Of a stretch of DNA of 64,000 nt, positions 63,517 through 64,000 are shown piece after piece. The DNA is taken from the NCBI GenBank assembly GCA_038087875.1, contig CM075987.1, positions 19,842,001 through 19,906,000 on the forward strand. Reading direction: 5' to 3'. The notes under the pieces were generated by a model that searched no databases, was not told where the DNA came from, and worked only from the letters and a program-made list of their open reading frames with translations. Numbering within the stretch: the first letter of the stretch is position 1; each line of letters opens with the position of its first letter. This DNA comes from Malacoraja senta. Lineage: Eukaryota. A program made the translations under genes and the position numbers.

Positions 63517-64000
63517 TACATAGATACATAGATACATAGAAAATAGGTGCAGGAGTAGGCCATTCGGCCCTTCGAGCCTGCACCACCATTCAATATGATC
63601 ATGGCTGATCATCCAACTCAGTATCCCGTACCTGCCTTCTCTCCATACCCCCTGATCCCTTTAGCCACAAGGGCCACATCTAACTCCCTCTTAAATATAG
63701 CCAATGAACTGGCTTCAACTACCCTCTGTGGCAGAGAGTTCCAGAGATTCACCACTCTCTGTGTGAAAAAGTTTTTCCTCATCTCGGTCTTAAAGGATTT
63801 CCCCCTTATCCTTAAGCTGTGACCCCTTGTCCTGGACTTCCCCAACATCGGGAACAATCTTCCTGCATCTAGCCTGTCCAACCCCATAAGAATTTTGTAC
63901 GTTTCTATAAGATCCCCTCTCAATCTCCTAAATTCTAGCAAGTATAAGCCAAGTCTATCCAGTCTTTCTTCATATGAAAGTCCTGACATCCCAGGAATCA
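63517..64000 (-). mobile_element. Young CR1 LINE (runs off the window)
   Basis: ORF 63618-63989 is nearly identical to ORF 51097-51561; same (CATAGATA)n tail. Confidence 0.96.

Noticed and set aside
1..64000. miR-455, known to be hosted in a COL27A1 intron
   Set aside because: No TATGTGCCYTTGGACTACATCG-like hairpin seen; partial look-alikes (~25360, ~53675) do not extend. The host intron is expected further downstream.

Overview
Eukaryotic (vertebrate) genomic DNA. The CR1, Penelope, V-SINE and Deu-SINE repertoire suggests a cartilaginous fish (skate/ray/shark); that is inference. The window lies inside the 5' part of a collagen XXVII alpha-1 gene (COL27A1) on the + strand. Four phase-compatible exons can be read directly: a 71-bp signal-peptide exon (13971-14041), a 1415-bp TSPN/LamG plus variable-region exon (31726-33140) and two 54-bp Gly-X-Y exons (45909-45962, 59664-59717). 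The start-codon exon was not found and probably lies upstream. The rest is intron packed with transposon remnants: many CR1 LINE pieces, Rex1/Babar pieces, Penelope-like elements, a Gypsy integrase fragment, SINEs, a Harbinger-type MITE and a non-autonomous Helitron. Almost all ORFs in the supplied track are TE remnants or chance ORFs. Most interesting: (i) Penelope-derived mini-elements carrying a minimal hammerhead-ribozyme-like core, some folded back on themselves and flanked by target-site duplications; (ii) a ~360-bp palindromic element with a perfect DR1 nuclear-receptor site in each arm; (iii) a CpG-rich Helitron ~110 bp downstream of a collagen exon; (iv) two nearly identical inverted CR1 copies bracketing that exon. 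I found no convincing wholly new protein-coding system. TE boundaries are read by eye and approximate unless a TSD or terminal motif is quoted.
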